This document shows, piece after piece, positions 62,483-64,000 of a stretch of 64,000 nucleotides of DNA. The notes beneath the pieces are model-generated. The model saw only the letters and a list, made by a program, of their open reading frames with translations. It ran no database searches and was not told where the DNA came from. Numbering within the stretch: the stretch's first letter is position 1; each line of letters starts with the position of its first letter. Made by a program: the position numbers and the translations under genes. Source of the stretch: Macrostomum lignano. Its lineage: Eukaryota. Where the stretch lies: assembly GCA_002269645.1 (NCBI GenBank), contig NIVC01003182.1, positions 1 to 64,000 of the forward strand, written 5' to 3'.

Positions 62483-64000
62483 GCTTGTGATATGAACTAT
62501 GAAATTTAGAAATTAGAGTGCAAAGACAAATAAATAACTAGAAAAATACAAGAAAGAATAAATAAAAGTGGTAAAGCAAATCTTTGATTTAAGTCTTTTA
62601 GAGCCCTAGTTTAGTCTTGCCCTATCAAAAAATACATAAATCATACTTTATATCATGATCAGAGTGCATGATGTTAAAGTAAAAAATATGAAAACTATAA
62701 AAAGTTATGCATAATATTTTAATGTATCCAAAAAATCCTTTATTTCAATCTTTAGGGATTTTTTAGATTTTGAAAAAGGTTTTTAATATATTATATTTAA
62801 AACTAGATTAAAATGTAGTCTGTTGTTTATATATTACATAATTTTATGTTATTACCCATACTCCTAAAGATCATAAAGATGCTATTTTGTAGGAAAAATT
62901 CTTGCATGCAACAAGGTTTTAGGCAGTTTAGTACCATGTACATGGTATACAGCAAGGAGTCAGAAAAGTTTTTCTTAGGGGTCAGATGTCATCACAATTG
63001 TGATCACAATTTTGTGACTTCACTACCATTTTTTTCACAATTGTGATTTCCTTGAAACCCATTCACGACAGTCGTGAATTTCTACTTTATTACATTTTTA
63101 TTAGAAGTATAACTTTTCTACTTGGTTTACCAAAATATGTGAACAAAAATGTGTAAGAGTAATAAATTTTAAATTTGTTGACTTGACAGCATTACCGAGT
63201 AGCTATTATCAATTTATAAATATTTCTTTTCTTGTTTTGTTATTTTCAACACTTGTAACTTACGAGCTCAAAATATGTGTATGCAAATATAAATTCATGA
63301 TCACAATCATGATCACACCTGACTTTGAAAATTTCACAAAATTTCAGGCCCGACCAAAATTTTCTGCTTGTCCAACCTCTAGTTTTTCTAGCATGTTTTG
63401 CAAAATAACGCATTTTATTATCATCAGAGCTATGAACTTGCCACTACAGCTGTGGCTCACTAGGATTTTTTAGGCTTTTAAAAATATTGTGATACTTTTT
63501 ATTTTTAAAATGATTATACTACAATAACAATAAAATACACAATGTTTCTATTATTGGAATCCAAAGGTAATATATTTTTATTATAGTCACTATAATATAT
63601 AAGCATTTCTATAAGTGTTGTTTATCTGCTGTCTCTTGTTAAAAAATTTGAATAGTTCATTGGACTTGGACATTGTTTCATAGAATCAGACTTGGAATCT
63701 CTGTCTGTCTGCCTTTCATAGCCCAACCCCCCCCCCCCCTGGTCTATTGGCACACACCTGGTAAATTGATCTAACCCTCCGCCTCCTGCATGCAGCATGC
63801 CAACCAAAAAAAATTGCATGCATAGTGCATACTAGGCTAAAATCTTTAATTTTAAAATCATTCTTGGTTCCTTGCTAAAACTAGGGCCTAACAGAATGCA
63901 CAATTAGCAAGAAATCTTTAATGAAGTAAACAAACATATTTTATTTTATAGATCGGCCAGGTTAAGCCTTATATAGAATATAGCCTAGTATATGTCTATA

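Overview
Eukaryotic (animal) genomic window: GT-AG spliced genes, no prokaryotic features. The mix of GC-rich exons, minisatellite-filled introns and TTAGGG-like repeats resembles a free-living flatworm such as Macrostomum, but that is an inference only. Genes I could reconstruct by hand with phase-consistent splice sites: a single-exon GPANK1-like G-patch protein (+), a 2-exon cyclophilin (-), three tandem regucalcin/SMP-30 paralogs (+), a candidate 2-exon orphan gene (+) whose 10-kb intron holds an 8.6-kb satellite and an RTE fragment, an AGPAT/LPAAT (-), a FAM102/EEIG NT-C2 protein (-) and a NEK6/7 kinase (-). Mobile DNA: a decayed Ty3/Gypsy element, a young internally deleted Mag-type Gypsy element with near-identical LTRs carrying nested MITEs, a tRNA-derived SINE family (3 copies), several MITEs, an RTE LINE fragment and a Penelope-type minimal hammerhead remnant. 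The most notable observations are an intron present in only one regucalcin paralog and flanked by a duplicated splice-site sequence, a GPANK1-like protein with a tandem SUMO-interacting-motif region where ankyrin repeats normally sit, the orphan lipidation-motif gene, and the LTR > hAT-MITE > MITE nest. Most long low-complexity ORFs in the supplied track are artefacts of tandem repeats. All homology calls come from motif recognition, not database searches.
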